This document shows, in pieces, positions 41,297 through 50,848 of a stretch of 64,000 nt of DNA. The position numbers and the translations under genes were made by a program. This stretch comes from an uncultured SAR86 cluster bacterium. Lineage in GTDB: Bacteria > Pseudomonadota > Gammaproteobacteria > Magnimaribacterales > D2472. The notes below the pieces were generated by a model, which ran no database searches, was not told where the DNA came from, and saw only the letters and a program-made list of their open reading frames with translations. The stretch lies in assembly GCA_902557575.1 (NCBI GenBank), contig CACEAR010000001.1:470674-534673 (forward strand), read 5' to 3'. The first letter of the stretch is position 1. Each line of letters begins with the position of its first letter.

Positions 41297-41998
41297 TTAT
41301 TCTGTAGCTTCTTCTTTTTCTTCTGAATCTTCAGAGCCTTCGTCAGAAGCTCCATCAGTGACCTCATCACCATCTTCATCTCCTTCAAGAACTTCATCTT
41401 CAAGAGGCTCTTCTTCAACTACAGCTTTTGGAGCATTCACAGAAACTATCATTTGATCAGTTTCTTCTGTAAGTCCTGGAATTTCTGAACCCTCTGGAAG
41501 AGATAGGTCAGTAAGTCTAATAGAGTCTCCTAAATTAAGTTCAGCAATATCAACTTCAATAATTTCAGGAATATTTTCTGCGGAACATAGAATCTCGATA
41601 TCTCTCATTGTTTTTGTAACAACTCCACCCTCTGTTTTAACTCCTACACAGTCTTCTTCATTTAAAAAGTTAAAGGGAATTGTGACTTTAAGCATAGTTT
41701 TCCTCGAAACTCTCATAAAATCAGCATGAAGCAACTTGCCTTTCATAGGCTCCCTTTGAAGTTCCTTAAGTACAACCTTTTCATCATTGTCACCCACTTT
41801 AATGATTAGAACTTGAGTAAAAAATAGATCATTCTGTGATGCCTTTGTGAGCTCATTTAGAGGGATGTTTACATTTAAGAGCTCTTTCTCATTTCCATAA
41901 ATTACAGCTGGAACCATATTATCACTTCTAATATTTCTGGCTCTATTGGAGCCTAGCTCAGACCTAGAAACTGCATTTATCATTATTTGTTCTGACAT
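41297..41998 (-). CDS. rplY: 50S ribosomal protein L25 / Ctc with acidic tail
   Basis: VPAVIYG, KELQREP, HADFMRV, GVKTEGG, IRLTDLSLP. Confidence 0.96.
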   Translation of the reverse strand: MSEQIMINAVSRSELGSNRARNIRSDNMVPAVIYGNEKELLNVNIPLNELTKASQNDLFFTQVLIIKVGDNDEKVVLKELQREPMKGKLLHADFMRVSRKTMLKVTIPFNFLNEEDCVGVKTEGGVVTKTMRDIEILCSAENIPEIIEVDIAELNLGDSIRLTDLSLPEGSEIPGLTEETDQMIVSVNAPKAVVEEEPLEDEVLEGDEDGDEVTDGASDEGSEDSEEKEEATE

Positions 41999-42007
41999 AA
42001 AAACCTC

Positions 42008-42961
42008 TTATAAAAAAACCGCACTCAAGGATTCCTCATTAGAAAGCCTCTTAATACACTCTGATATTATTGGTGCGATCGATATGACGCGTATTTTACT
42101 GCATTTTTGACTATCTTGGGTAAGAGGAATCGAATTAGTTACAACAAGTTCATCAATCTCAGAATTACTTATTCTTTCAATAGCTGGACCTGACAAAACA
42201 GGATGAGTTATATATGCACTTACTTTACTTGCCCCAGCATCTTTTAAAGCCTTGGCTGCATTGCATAATGTTCCTGCTGTATCGATGATGTCATCAGGAA
42301 CAATACATTCTTTTCCAGCAACATCACCAATTATGTTCATTACTTCTGACTCATTAGCCACATCTCTTCGCTTATCTATAATTGCAAGATCAAGACCATC
42401 TAGATATTTTGCTAACGCTCTTGATCTGACAACCCCACCTACATCTGGCGAGACAATAACTAAATTATCTTTAGAATAATGCTTGGATATATCTTCAACC
42501 ATTAGTTTTGTTGCATAAACATTATCAGCAGGCATATCGAAAAAACCTTGGATTGTTTCAGAATGAAGGTCTAGAGTTAGAACTCTATTAATACCAACAG
42601 AACTAAACATATCAGATACAACTTTTGCACTAATTGGGACTCTTGAAGATCTAACTCTTCGGTCTTGTCTAGCATAACCATAATATGGAACAACCGCAGT
42701 GATCTTAGAAGCAGAAGATCTCTTTAGGGCATCAGCTAGTAACATTAGTTCCATGAGATGTTTATCAGCTGGAAAGCAGGTGGACTGAATTATAAAGGTA
42801 TCATGACCTCTAACATTCTCATTAATTTCTACTTGAATTTCACCATCTGAAAAGGTTCCCAATTCAATGGAAGAAAGCTCATTATTTAAAAGTTTTGCGA
42901 CTTCATCTGATAGATCAATACAAGATGACCCTGAAAATATATCTATTGTTCCATTACTCAT
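42008..42961 (-). CDS. prs: Ribose-phosphate pyrophosphokinase (true start ATG 42961)
   Basis: FSDGEI, PYYGYARQDRR, DLHSETIQGFF, SPDVGGV, DDIIDTAGT; the longer ORF runs through tRNA-Gln. Confidence 0.97.
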   Translation of the reverse strand: MSNGTIDIFSGSSCIDLSDEVAKLLNNELSSIELGTFSDGEIQVEINENVRGHDTFIIQSTCFPADKHLMELMLLADALKRSSASKITAVVPYYGYARQDRRVRSSRVPISAKVVSDMFSSVGINRVLTLDLHSETIQGFFDMPADNVYATKLMVEDISKHYSKDNLVIVSPDVGGVVRSRALAKYLDGLDLAIIDKRRDVANESEVMNIIGDVAGKECIVPDDIIDTAGTLCNAAKALKDAGASKVSAYITHPVLSGPAIERISNSEIDELVVTNSIPLTQDSQKCSKIRVISIAPIISECIKRLSNEESLSAVFL

Positions 42962-42968
42962 ATTTATT

Positions 42969-43043
42969 TGGCTGGGGTGGTAGGATTCGAACCTACGCAT
43001 GACGGGATCAAAACCCGTTGCCTTACCGCTTGGCCACACCCCA
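42969..43043 (-). tRNA. tRNA-Gln(TTG), 75 nt
   Basis: TGGGGTG/CACCCCA acceptor (U1:A72), anticodon arm ACGGG-TTTTGAT-CCCGT; canonical ispE-tRNA-prs position. Confidence 0.97.
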
Positions 43044-43048
43044 TCTCT

Positions 43049-43837
43049 TTAAACTCCTGTCAATGGTGAGTATTGTAATCCTTCACAGAAAAAGAATCTC
43101 CAATTTTTTGGAATTTTTTGTAATATTTTTTTTAAATCATCTTTTTTGTCATACTCTATAAAGAGCGTTGAACCAGTTCCAGATAACTTCAAATCATAAT
43201 CATTTATATTGCTAGCATAAAATTCTTCAATGCTTTTATTTTCTCTTAGTAGAGTATCTAGGAATGAATTTTGATGTTTGGGACTTAATTTATCAATTTT
43301 AAGTTTCCTGAACATTTCACCAGTTGAAACTTCGATATTTGGACAAATTAGTAAGAATTTATTTTTTCTAAATTCAACATCTAAAAAAATGTCACCAATT
43401 CCTGTTGCAATAGCATTTTTACCGTATATGAATATAGGAATATCTGCCCCTAAAGGCTTCCCAATCTTAGCTAACTCTTCCCTAGACAAATCAAGATCCC
43501 AAATTTTGTTTAATGCAATTAGAGTTGTTGCTGCATTAGAGCTTCCACCCCCAAGCCCAGCCCCAACTGGGATATTCTTTTTTAAATGAATCTGAATACC
43601 TTCATCTACTTCATAATATTCTTTGATTGCGTTGAATGATTTAAAAATTAAATTATTTTCAGGCTCTATCTCTAAACCATCACAGCTAATATTGAAAGAT
43701 TCATTGCTTTTCTCGAAAGCAATCTCATCGAATAGGTCTATAAACTGAAAGGTGGTTTCTAAATTATGATAACCATCAATTCTTTTTGAAATAACTCTCA
43801 AGTTAAGATTTAACTTTGCAGGAGATAAAAACTTCAT
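43049..43837 (-). CDS. ispE: 4-diphosphocytidyl-2-C-methyl-D-erythritol kinase
   Basis: SPAKLNLNL, GYHNLET, KNIPVGAGLGGGSSNAA, LGADIP, SGTGS. Confidence 0.95.
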   Translation of the reverse strand: MKFLSPAKLNLNLRVISKRIDGYHNLETTFQFIDLFDEIAFEKSNESFNISCDGLEIEPENNLIFKSFNAIKEYYEVDEGIQIHLKKNIPVGAGLGGGSSNAATTLIALNKIWDLDLSREELAKIGKPLGADIPIFIYGKNAIATGIGDIFLDVEFRKNKFLLICPNIEVSTGEMFRKLKIDKLSPKHQNSFLDTLLRENKSIEEFYASNINDYDLKLSGTGSTLFIEYDKKDDLKKILQKIPKNWRFFFCEGLQYSPLTGV

Positions 43838-43962
43838 TTTGCTTCAATTATTTTTCTTTACTAGATAAGTTGTATAATAACATTCATAGTTTTGATCAAA
43901 AATGAAAAAAAATCTTTCTAATCAATCAATTTTTAGCTACTGCTAAATACTTAACTTAAATA

Positions 43963-45192
43963 ATGCAAGAAATTCACCTAGTTGGAATAAACCATAAGAC
44001 CTCAAAGGTTTCGGATAGAGAAAGATTTATCGTTGATGACACAAATCTCGTTTATCTAAATGATTTTCTAATTTCAAAATTAGATAAAAAGATTTCTGGT
44101 TTTTTTGGCCTTTCTACATGCAATAGGACTGAAATATATTTCTATGGAGACAAGGGCATAGAGGATGATGTCCTAAAGCTAACTAAGGAGGCTCTTAATA
44201 TTTCTGATATACCTGATAAAAACTTTTATATTTATGAGGGTTTAAAAGCATTTGAGCATATGTGTAGAGTTTGTTGCGGCATAGACTCTCAAGTGGTTGG
44301 GGAGCAAGAAATATTTGGACAATTTAAAAACGCATATAACTCAGCCAAAGCTTTTAGGATTGTTGGGAAAGAACTTATGATTTATGTTGAAAAAGTTTTT
44401 GAAATTACAAAAAAAGTAAGAACTGAAACAAAGATAGGTATAAATCCGTTATCTGTGAGTGGCTTATCATTCAACCTCGTAAAGGAAATATTTGAGAATC
44501 CTGAAAACAAGGAAGTCCTTGTAATTGGAGGAGGAGATTTAGCAAAATCTATAATTAAAAACCTCTTTGACAAAGGCTTGAGGTCTATTTCTGCTATAAA
44601 TAGAACTATAAAAGAAATAAAGATATCTGAAGATTTTTCTATAATTCCGATGCCTCTAAATCTAGTACATAGAGAAATTATTAATGCTGATATTATTATT
44701 TGCTCTGCATCAAGTCTTACACCAATTATTGGTAAAGGAGCAGTTGAAAATGCATTTAAAAATAGAGGAAACAAACCAATGATGATAATAGATTTGGCTG
44801 TTCCTAGGAATGTTGAGCCAGAAATAGAAGATTTAGAACTGGTTTACTTGTTTTCAATTGATGATATCGAAAAGATTTCTCAAGATAATCTTGAAGAAAG
44901 ATTGGTTGAAGCTGGAAGAGGAAAAGAGATCATCAAATATCAAGCCTTAAAATCACATAAAACTATTAATTCAAAGATAGAAGATGACAAATTTGCTTTT
45001 GAGATATTAAAACTTCTCAAATCTTTAGATGATAAAAGAGTATATGAACTTTCCAATGACAACGACATAAATTTAGAGTTTTTAAATCTTGTTGAAAATA
45101 CAAACAATATTCAATTATCAGAAAAGCTTAGAAAAAAAATTGAACTTATCGATGGCCAAAAACTTATTTCAATAATTTCTAATTATAAATAA
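43963..45192 (+). CDS. hemA: Glutamyl-tRNA reductase (divergent C-terminus)
   Basis: GINHKT, STCNRTE, GIDSQVVGEQEIFGQ, KKVRTET, DLAVPRNVE. Confidence 0.92.
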   Translation: MQEIHLVGINHKTSKVSDRERFIVDDTNLVYLNDFLISKLDKKISGFFGLSTCNRTEIYFYGDKGIEDDVLKLTKEALNISDIPDKNFYIYEGLKAFEHMCRVCCGIDSQVVGEQEIFGQFKNAYNSAKAFRIVGKELMIYVEKVFEITKKVRTETKIGINPLSVSGLSFNLVKEIFENPENKEVLVIGGGDLAKSIIKNLFDKGLRSISAINRTIKEIKISEDFSIIPMPLNLVHREIINADIIICSASSLTPIIGKGAVENAFKNRGNKPMMIIDLAVPRNVEPEIEDLELVYLFSIDDIEKISQDNLEERLVEAGRGKEIIKYQALKSHKTINSKIEDDKFAFEILKLLKSLDDKRVYELSNDNDINLEFLNLVENTNNIQLSEKLRKKIELIDGQKLISIISNYK

Positions 45193-46283
45193 TGCAAGAT
45201 TCTATTGAGGCAAAGCTAATAAAACTTTCAGAACGCCTTTCGGAAATTGAAAAACAATTAATTGAGGAATCCTCAACTTTAAATCAAGATGATTTAATTT
45301 CATTAAATAAAGAGTTTTCGCATATTCAACCTATTGTTGATCTTTATTACAAGTATCTAAAGGTTCTCGATGAAAATACACAAGCAATAAGTCTTTCAAA
45401 GTCTGATGAAAATGAAATTAAAGAATTGGCTCAAATAGAGGTTGAAGAAACAGAAAACTCAATGAATGAAATCCTTGGAGAACTAAAGTTAATGCTTTTA
45501 CCAGTTGATGAGGATGATGAAAGATCAGCTTTTTTAGAAATCAGAGCCGGAGCAGGAGGAGATGAAGCTGGGATTTTTTCAGGTAACTTATTTCGGATGT
45601 ACTCTAGGCTAGCAGAAAGGGAAAAATGGATTATTGAAATTATTTCCCAGAAAGATGCAGAGCATGGAGGCTTTAAAGAAATAATTGCAAAAATATCAGG
45701 AAAGCTAGTCTACAAAACACTTAAATTTGAATCGGGAGTTCATCGGGTTCAAAGAGTTCCTGAAACTGAATCACAAGGTAGAGTCCACACATCAACATGT
45801 ACCGTTGCTGTCCTTCCTGAGGCAGAAGAAATAGATGATATAGAGATAGATAAATCAGAAATAAGAGTAGACACTTTCAGAGCGTCTGGAGCAGGGGGTC
45901 AGCATGTTAATAAAACTGACTCAGCTGTAAGAATTACTCATCTTCCAAGTGGTTTGGTTGTAGAGTGTCAAGATGATAGGTCGCAGCACAAAAATAAGAC
46001 AAAAGCATTATCCCTCTTAAGCGCCAAGTTAAAAAAACAGGAGGAAGAAAATCAGCAAGCTGAAATAGCTTCTGAGAGGAAGATCCTTGTAGGCTCAGGT
46101 GATAGAAGTGAAAAAATTAGAACTTATAATTTTCCTCAAGGAAGAGTTACTGACCATAGAATTAAACTTACCCAGCATAATCTTGATCAAGTAATGGATG
46201 GAGATATAAGATCTATCAGCGATGCCTTAATAGCAGAAAATCAGCTAGAAATGCTTGCTAAGCTTGAATTAGATAATAAATGA
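45192..46283 (+). CDS. prfA: Peptide chain release factor 1
   Basis: EIRAGAGGDEA, KFESGVHRVQRVPET (PxT), GAGGQHVN, RTYNFPQGRVTDHRI. Confidence 0.99.
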   Translation: MQDSIEAKLIKLSERLSEIEKQLIEESSTLNQDDLISLNKEFSHIQPIVDLYYKYLKVLDENTQAISLSKSDENEIKELAQIEVEETENSMNEILGELKLMLLPVDEDDERSAFLEIRAGAGGDEAGIFSGNLFRMYSRLAEREKWIIEIISQKDAEHGGFKEIIAKISGKLVYKTLKFESGVHRVQRVPETESQGRVHTSTCTVAVLPEAEEIDDIEIDKSEIRVDTFRASGAGGQHVNKTDSAVRITHLPSGLVVECQDDRSQHKNKTKALSLLSAKLKKQEEENQQAEIASERKILVGSGDRSEKIRTYNFPQGRVTDHRIKLTQHNLDQVMDGDIRSISDALIAENQLEMLAKLELDNK

Positions 46284-47062
46284 AGTCTGAAAAAGGTATT
46301 GATCTTTCTGAATTAAGCTTTGAGACCAAAAGGGACATAAATTTCTACATAAAAGAAAAATTTAAAGACTCATCTAAATTTAATCAAAGTCAAATCAATA
46401 AAATAGAAAATGTTGCTAAATCTTTAGAAGAAGGATACCCGAGGGATTACTTAATTGGAAACTCTGAATTTTATGGAAGAAAATATTTTGTAGATCAAAG
46501 AGTTCTTATTCCAAGACCTGAAACAGAAGTTCTTGTGGATACCATAAAAAGTTTAAATTTATCTGATGGCTCAATTCTATGTGATCTTGGAACAGGATCA
46601 GGATGCATTGGCATTTCTTTAGCAATGTTAAATGAGAGTTTCATTGTATTTGGTGTAGATATTTCTGAAGAAGCTATTTTAGTTGCAAGAAAGAATGATC
46701 TAACTTACATGAAAAAAAATTTCTTTTTAATACAATCAAACTGGGCTTCATGTTTTCAAGAAAATTCTATCGACTGCATAATTTCTAATCCTCCATATAT
46801 TGATAAAGATGATTCTCACCTAGCAGATCTAAAGCATGAACCATTACTAGCCCTTGTTTCTGAATTACACGGGCTACAAGCTTTCGAAATTATTTCTCAA
46901 CAAGCCAAACAATTACTTAAGAAAGATGGATTACTGCTACTAGAGCATGGCTTTGATCAAAGCGAGCATGTTGAGAAAATTATTTATAAAAATGATTTAA
47001 AATTAATTAGAAAGATAAAAGATCTATCAGGAAATGATAGAGTGATATTGGCGCAAAAATGA
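46280..47062 (+). CDS. prmC: Release factor glutamine methyltransferase
   Basis: VLIPRPETE, DLGTGSG, SNPPY, LEHG, DLSGNDRV. Confidence 0.95.
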   Translation: MKSEKGIDLSELSFETKRDINFYIKEKFKDSSKFNQSQINKIENVAKSLEEGYPRDYLIGNSEFYGRKYFVDQRVLIPRPETEVLVDTIKSLNLSDGSILCDLGTGSGCIGISLAMLNESFIVFGVDISEEAILVARKNDLTYMKKNFFLIQSNWASCFQENSIDCIISNPPYIDKDDSHLADLKHEPLLALVSELHGLQAFEIISQQAKQLLKKDGLLLLEHGFDQSEHVEKIIYKNDLKLIRKIKDLSGNDRVILAQK

Positions 47063-47796
47063 ACTTAGATTTTTTTGAAAAACAGTTACTAATAGATAAT
47101 TTCTCCGAGAAATTACAAAAAAAGATCTTTGATACAAATTGTCTTGTAATCGGAGGTGGTGGCATTGCTCATCCGCTACTCACCTATTTAGTTTCGACAG
47201 GTTTTGGAAATATTTCAATTGCTGATGGTGATAAGGTAGAGCTATCAAATCTTCACAGACAATACCATTTTAATGCAAGCGATCTCAATAAAAGAAAAGC
47301 AGAAGTCTTGAAAGAGAAATTTAAGAATGAGTACGAATTTATTGATATTAAATCAATAAATAAATTCCTTGAGGAAAAAGATCTATTCGAATTAATTGAA
47401 CATCATGATTTGATTTTTGATGCATCTGATAATTTCCAAACAAGATATATCTCTAATGATGTGTGTCATGAGCATAAAAAACCCTTAATATCTGGAGCAG
47501 CAGAGGGGATGCTAGGAATTGTTGCTGCTTTTAACTTTAAAGAAGATTCACCTTGTTATGAGTGCCTATTCCCAAGAAACTATGACTTAAATGAAAATAC
47601 CTGCCAAAACTCTGGTATTACACCTTCAGTGCTGGGCATAATTGGGTCTTTTATGGCTTCAATTGCTCTAAAAATAATTGCTGATAATGCATTTAGGAGT
47701 TCGGTAATGCGTATAAATTTAACTGATCTTAGTATTTCTCAGCCAAAACTTAAAAAAGATGTATTGTGTAAGATTTGTGGAGAAAACAAAGGATGA
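47059..47796 (+). CDS. moeB: MoeB/ThiF-family adenylyltransferase
   Basis: GGGG Rossmann loop, DGDKVELSNLHRQ, DASDNF, CYECLF and CKICG zinc motifs; follows prmC as in Pseudomonas. Confidence 0.85.
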   Translation: MNLDFFEKQLLIDNFSEKLQKKIFDTNCLVIGGGGIAHPLLTYLVSTGFGNISIADGDKVELSNLHRQYHFNASDLNKRKAEVLKEKFKNEYEFIDIKSINKFLEEKDLFELIEHHDLIFDASDNFQTRYISNDVCHEHKKPLISGAAEGMLGIVAAFNFKEDSPCYECLFPRNYDLNENTCQNSGITPSVLGIIGSFMASIALKIIADNAFRSSVMRINLTDLSISQPKLKKDVLCKICGENKG

Positions 47797-48836
47797 TAAC
47801 AGGCTATATTGAGGGATATTATGGTGTTGAACTATCTTGGAAAGAGAGAGATTCTATAATATCTAAACTTCATCAGGTCGGATGCAACACTTATTTTTAT
47901 TGCCCGAAAGAGGATCCTTATCATAGAGTTAGATGGAAAGATGATTATCCAATTGATTGGATAGATGATTTTAAAAAATTCAAGTCTAATGCAGATAGTG
48001 CTGGAATTGATATTATCTTTGGCATTTCTCCGGGCGCATCTTTGGAGTTAAAAGATTTTGAACATTTAGAAAGAAAAATAGGCATCTTTAAGGAGCTATC
48101 TATTGAAAATTTCTGTATTCTTTTTGATGATATTCCTAAGGAAAAAGAGCAATTCTCTCTTCATAAAGAAGTGCTTGAACTTTGCTTAGAAAAGTTTCCA
48201 AATATTAATTTTTCTTGTGTGCCGTCACAGTATTGTAAATACATGGTTGAAAATTCTAATAATTCTTATTTAGCAGAATTAGATAAAGTTGATACAAGTA
48301 TTCCTTTCTTTTGGACAGGAAATCAAGTTATAACATCCAATTATTCTGATAATAATATTGATAGTTGGAAAGAGTTGTTTCGTAAGGATAGAGACTTAAT
48401 AATTTGGGATAATACTTTTGCGAATGACTATTGTGTTCCTAAGATTGTTATGCAAAATTTTGATGGCTTTTTTTCTAAAGATGATAACAAAGTATCTGGG
48501 TTTCTCTTAAATGCATCTGGTATAGAGTTAATAGATCTTATTGCTATTGAAATATTAGACAATGCATTAAAGGAAAAACAAATAATGCTAGATGATATTC
48601 TAAAAGATAGAGGCTTTCCTAAAGAACTTATTAATTTAAGTAATTTTTTTAAAATAAACATTTCATCGAGTTTTACAGATGATGAAAAAAAAGATTTAGA
48701 TTTCCTCCTCTGGAACTGGAATGGAAAAATAAAAAAGTTTTTTTATCCATACCTCCATCAACTCAACCAAATTTTTAATGAAACAGATAAGCATGAAATA
48801 AATGGTTTAAAAAAGCGCTTTCGCATTAAACAATAA
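47793..48836 (+). CDS. GH84 beta-N-acetylglucosaminidase (O-GlcNAcase-like), no signal peptide
   Basis: GYIEGYYG, YCPKEDPYHR, ISPG, LFDD (catalytic pair), PSQYC, WTGNQV, WDNTFANDY; ATGA overlap with moeB. Confidence 0.88.
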   Translation: MITGYIEGYYGVELSWKERDSIISKLHQVGCNTYFYCPKEDPYHRVRWKDDYPIDWIDDFKKFKSNADSAGIDIIFGISPGASLELKDFEHLERKIGIFKELSIENFCILFDDIPKEKEQFSLHKEVLELCLEKFPNINFSCVPSQYCKYMVENSNNSYLAELDKVDTSIPFFWTGNQVITSNYSDNNIDSWKELFRKDRDLIIWDNTFANDYCVPKIVMQNFDGFFSKDDNKVSGFLLNASGIELIDLIAIEILDNALKEKQIMLDDILKDRGFPKELINLSNFFKINISSSFTDDEKKDLDFLLWNWNGKIKKFFYPYLHQLNQIFNETDKHEINGLKKRFRIKQ

Positions 48837-48891
48837 AGATATTTTTATTATAAGAATATTAGGTTAATATTTAATTAAGATTTTAAGAAAT

Positions 48892-49206
48892 ATGAGTGAA
48901 GTTCCAGTATATGTTGTAGCAAATATCGTAATCCAAGATCCTGATACTTATAAAAAATATGAAAAAGGATTCTTTCCGATATTAAAGAAATATGAAGGTA
49001 AGTTCATTACTTTTGACGATAATATTGGTCAACTTGAAGGAAGTTCTGAAGTTTCTGGCAGAGTTATAATTTTTTCTTTTCCAAATGAAAACTTAGCCGA
49101 TCAATGGTATAGCAGTGTCGAATACCAAGAATTAAGTGCTTTTAGAAGAGAGGGCACTGATACCATTTCAATTTTTAAAGTTAAAGGACAACCACCAAGA
49201 AATTAA
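48892..49206 (+). CDS. DUF1330 family protein
   Basis: VYVVANIVIQDPDTYKKY, LEG, VIIFSFP, WYSSVEYQ pattern. Confidence 0.8.
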   Translation: MSEVPVYVVANIVIQDPDTYKKYEKGFFPILKKYEGKFITFDDNIGQLEGSSEVSGRVIIFSFPNENLADQWYSSVEYQELSAFRREGTDTISIFKVKGQPPRN

Positions 49207-49219
49207 GGGAGGAATAATT

Positions 49220-50839
49220 ATGTTATTAGGAGATATGCAAGACTGGAAACCAAATGTTGCAAGCATTATAGAGTATGCTGCAGATATTTATCCTGAGTCT
49301 GAAGTAGTAAGTAAATTAGTAACTGGCGAAGTCCATAGGACTAACTACAAAGAGGTATGTGTTAGATCAAGGAAGTTAGCTTCAAAACTTTCTCAAGATG
49401 GTTATAAACAAGGAGATGTCATCGCTACTCTTGCTCTAAACACATTTAGGCATCTTGAGGCATATTATGGTGTTTCAGGAATGGGCGCAGTTGTTCATAC
49501 TTTGAATTTTAGATTACATCCCGAGCAGGCAGTTTACATAATTAATCATGCTGAAGATAAAGTAATCTTTGTTGAGGCACCTTTTGTTCCTATCCTAGAG
49601 GCGCTTCAAGAAAACCTTAGCACTGTTGAGAAATATATTGTCTTTTGCAATAAAGATGAGATGCCTGAGACTTCTCTTAAAAATTGTTTGTCATATGAAG
49701 AATACATTGAAGATGGTGATGAAAATTTTGTCTGGCCAGACCTTCCTGATAATGCAGCTTGTGGACTTTGCTATACATCGGGCACAACAGGAAATCCAAA
49801 AGGAGTTTTATATTCACACAAATCGACTATTCTTCACGCAATTTCAGCAGCTGGACCAAAGGCTTTAAAAATTGAAGGAGATGACTCTGTTTTAATGGTT
49901 GTTCCTATGTTCCACGTTATGGCATGGGGAGTTCCATACTATGGTGCAATTTATGGACTTAAAATTGTAATGCCTGGAATGGCAATGGATGGTGAATCTC
50001 TCTATGAAATGTGTAAGGAGGAAAAGGTAACACTTGCCTTTGGGGTGCCAACAGTTTGGATGCAGCTGTTGGGCTATTGTAGAGAAAATAATGTTGTCCT
50101 TGAATCAATGAATAGTACTGTAATAGGAGGTTCAGCAGTAACAGTAGCAATGATAAAAGAGTTTGATCAAGTTCATGGAGTAACCGTTCTTCAAGGATGG
50201 GGTATGACTGAGATGAGTCCTCTTGGAACAACAAATTTCCCAACCCCAGAAATGGAGGAAATGTCTGATGATGAAAAGTATGCAATTCAAGTTAAAGCAG
50301 GTAAACCTGTTTTTGGTGTAGAAATGAAGATAGTAGATTCTGATGGTAACACTCTTCCAAATGATGGTAAGGCTTCAGGAAGCTTATTAGTAAGAGGCCC
50401 TTGGATTATTAAAAAATATTTTAAAGCTGAGGAGGACGCTGTAGATAAAGATGGCTGGTTTGATACGGGTGACATATCTTCAATAGATCCAGATGGATAT
50501 ATGTCTATTGTTGATAGAGAAAAAGATGTCATTAAATCAGGCGGCGAATGGATTAGTTCAATAGATGTCGAAAACGCTGTAGCTAGTCATCCAGACGTAA
50601 TGCAAACAGCAGTTGTTGGCATTCCTCATCCAAAATGGGATGAAAGACCACTTTTATTTGTTGTTTCTAATTCTGGTAATGAAATTAATAGAGAAGAATT
50701 AGATGAATTAATGCTAAAGAAGTTTGAAAAATGGCAACTTCCTGATCAGGTAGTCTTCTTAAAAGAATTGCCAATAGGTGCTACAGGAAAGGTGAAAAAG
50801 ATCGATTTAAGGGAAGAATATAAAGAGCACTATATGTAG
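49220..50839 (+). CDS. Medium/long-chain acyl-CoA ligase, AlkK/DmdB-like (start ATG 49220)
   Basis: [47 protein letters not shown]; SD GGAGG. Confidence 0.93.
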   Translation: MLLGDMQDWKPNVASIIEYAADIYPESEVVSKLVTGEVHRTNYKEVCVRSRKLASKLSQDGYKQGDVIATLALNTFRHLEAYYGVSGMGAVVHTLNFRLHPEQAVYIINHAEDKVIFVEAPFVPILEALQENLSTVEKYIVFCNKDEMPETSLKNCLSYEEYIEDGDENFVWPDLPDNAACGLCYTSGTTGNPKGVLYSHKSTILHAISAAGPKALKIEGDDSVLMVVPMFHVMAWGVPYYGAIYGLKIVMPGMAMDGESLYEMCKEEKVTLAFGVPTVWMQLLGYCRENNVVLESMNSTVIGGSAVTVAMIKEFDQVHGVTVLQGWGMTEMSPLGTTNFPTPEMEEMSDDEKYAIQVKAGKPVFGVEMKIVDSDGNTLPNDGKASGSLLVRGPWIIKKYFKAEEDAVDKDGWFDTGDISSIDPDGYMSIVDREKDVIKSGGEWISSIDVENAVASHPDVMQTAVVGIPHPKWDERPLLFVVSNSGNEINREELDELMLKKFEKWQLPDQVVFLKELPIGATGKVKKIDLREEYKEHYM

Positions 50840-50848
50840 GAGAACATT

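Noticed and set aside
41290-43039. Long N-terminal extensions of pth (to 41418) and prs (to 43039)
   Set aside because: They run through the rplY tail and tRNA-Gln; homology starts at GTG 41289 and ATG 42961
43902-43946. 14-codon uORF (MKKNLSNQSIFSYC) before hemA
   Set aside because: No SD, no regulatory codon run and no attenuator hairpin; expected by chance
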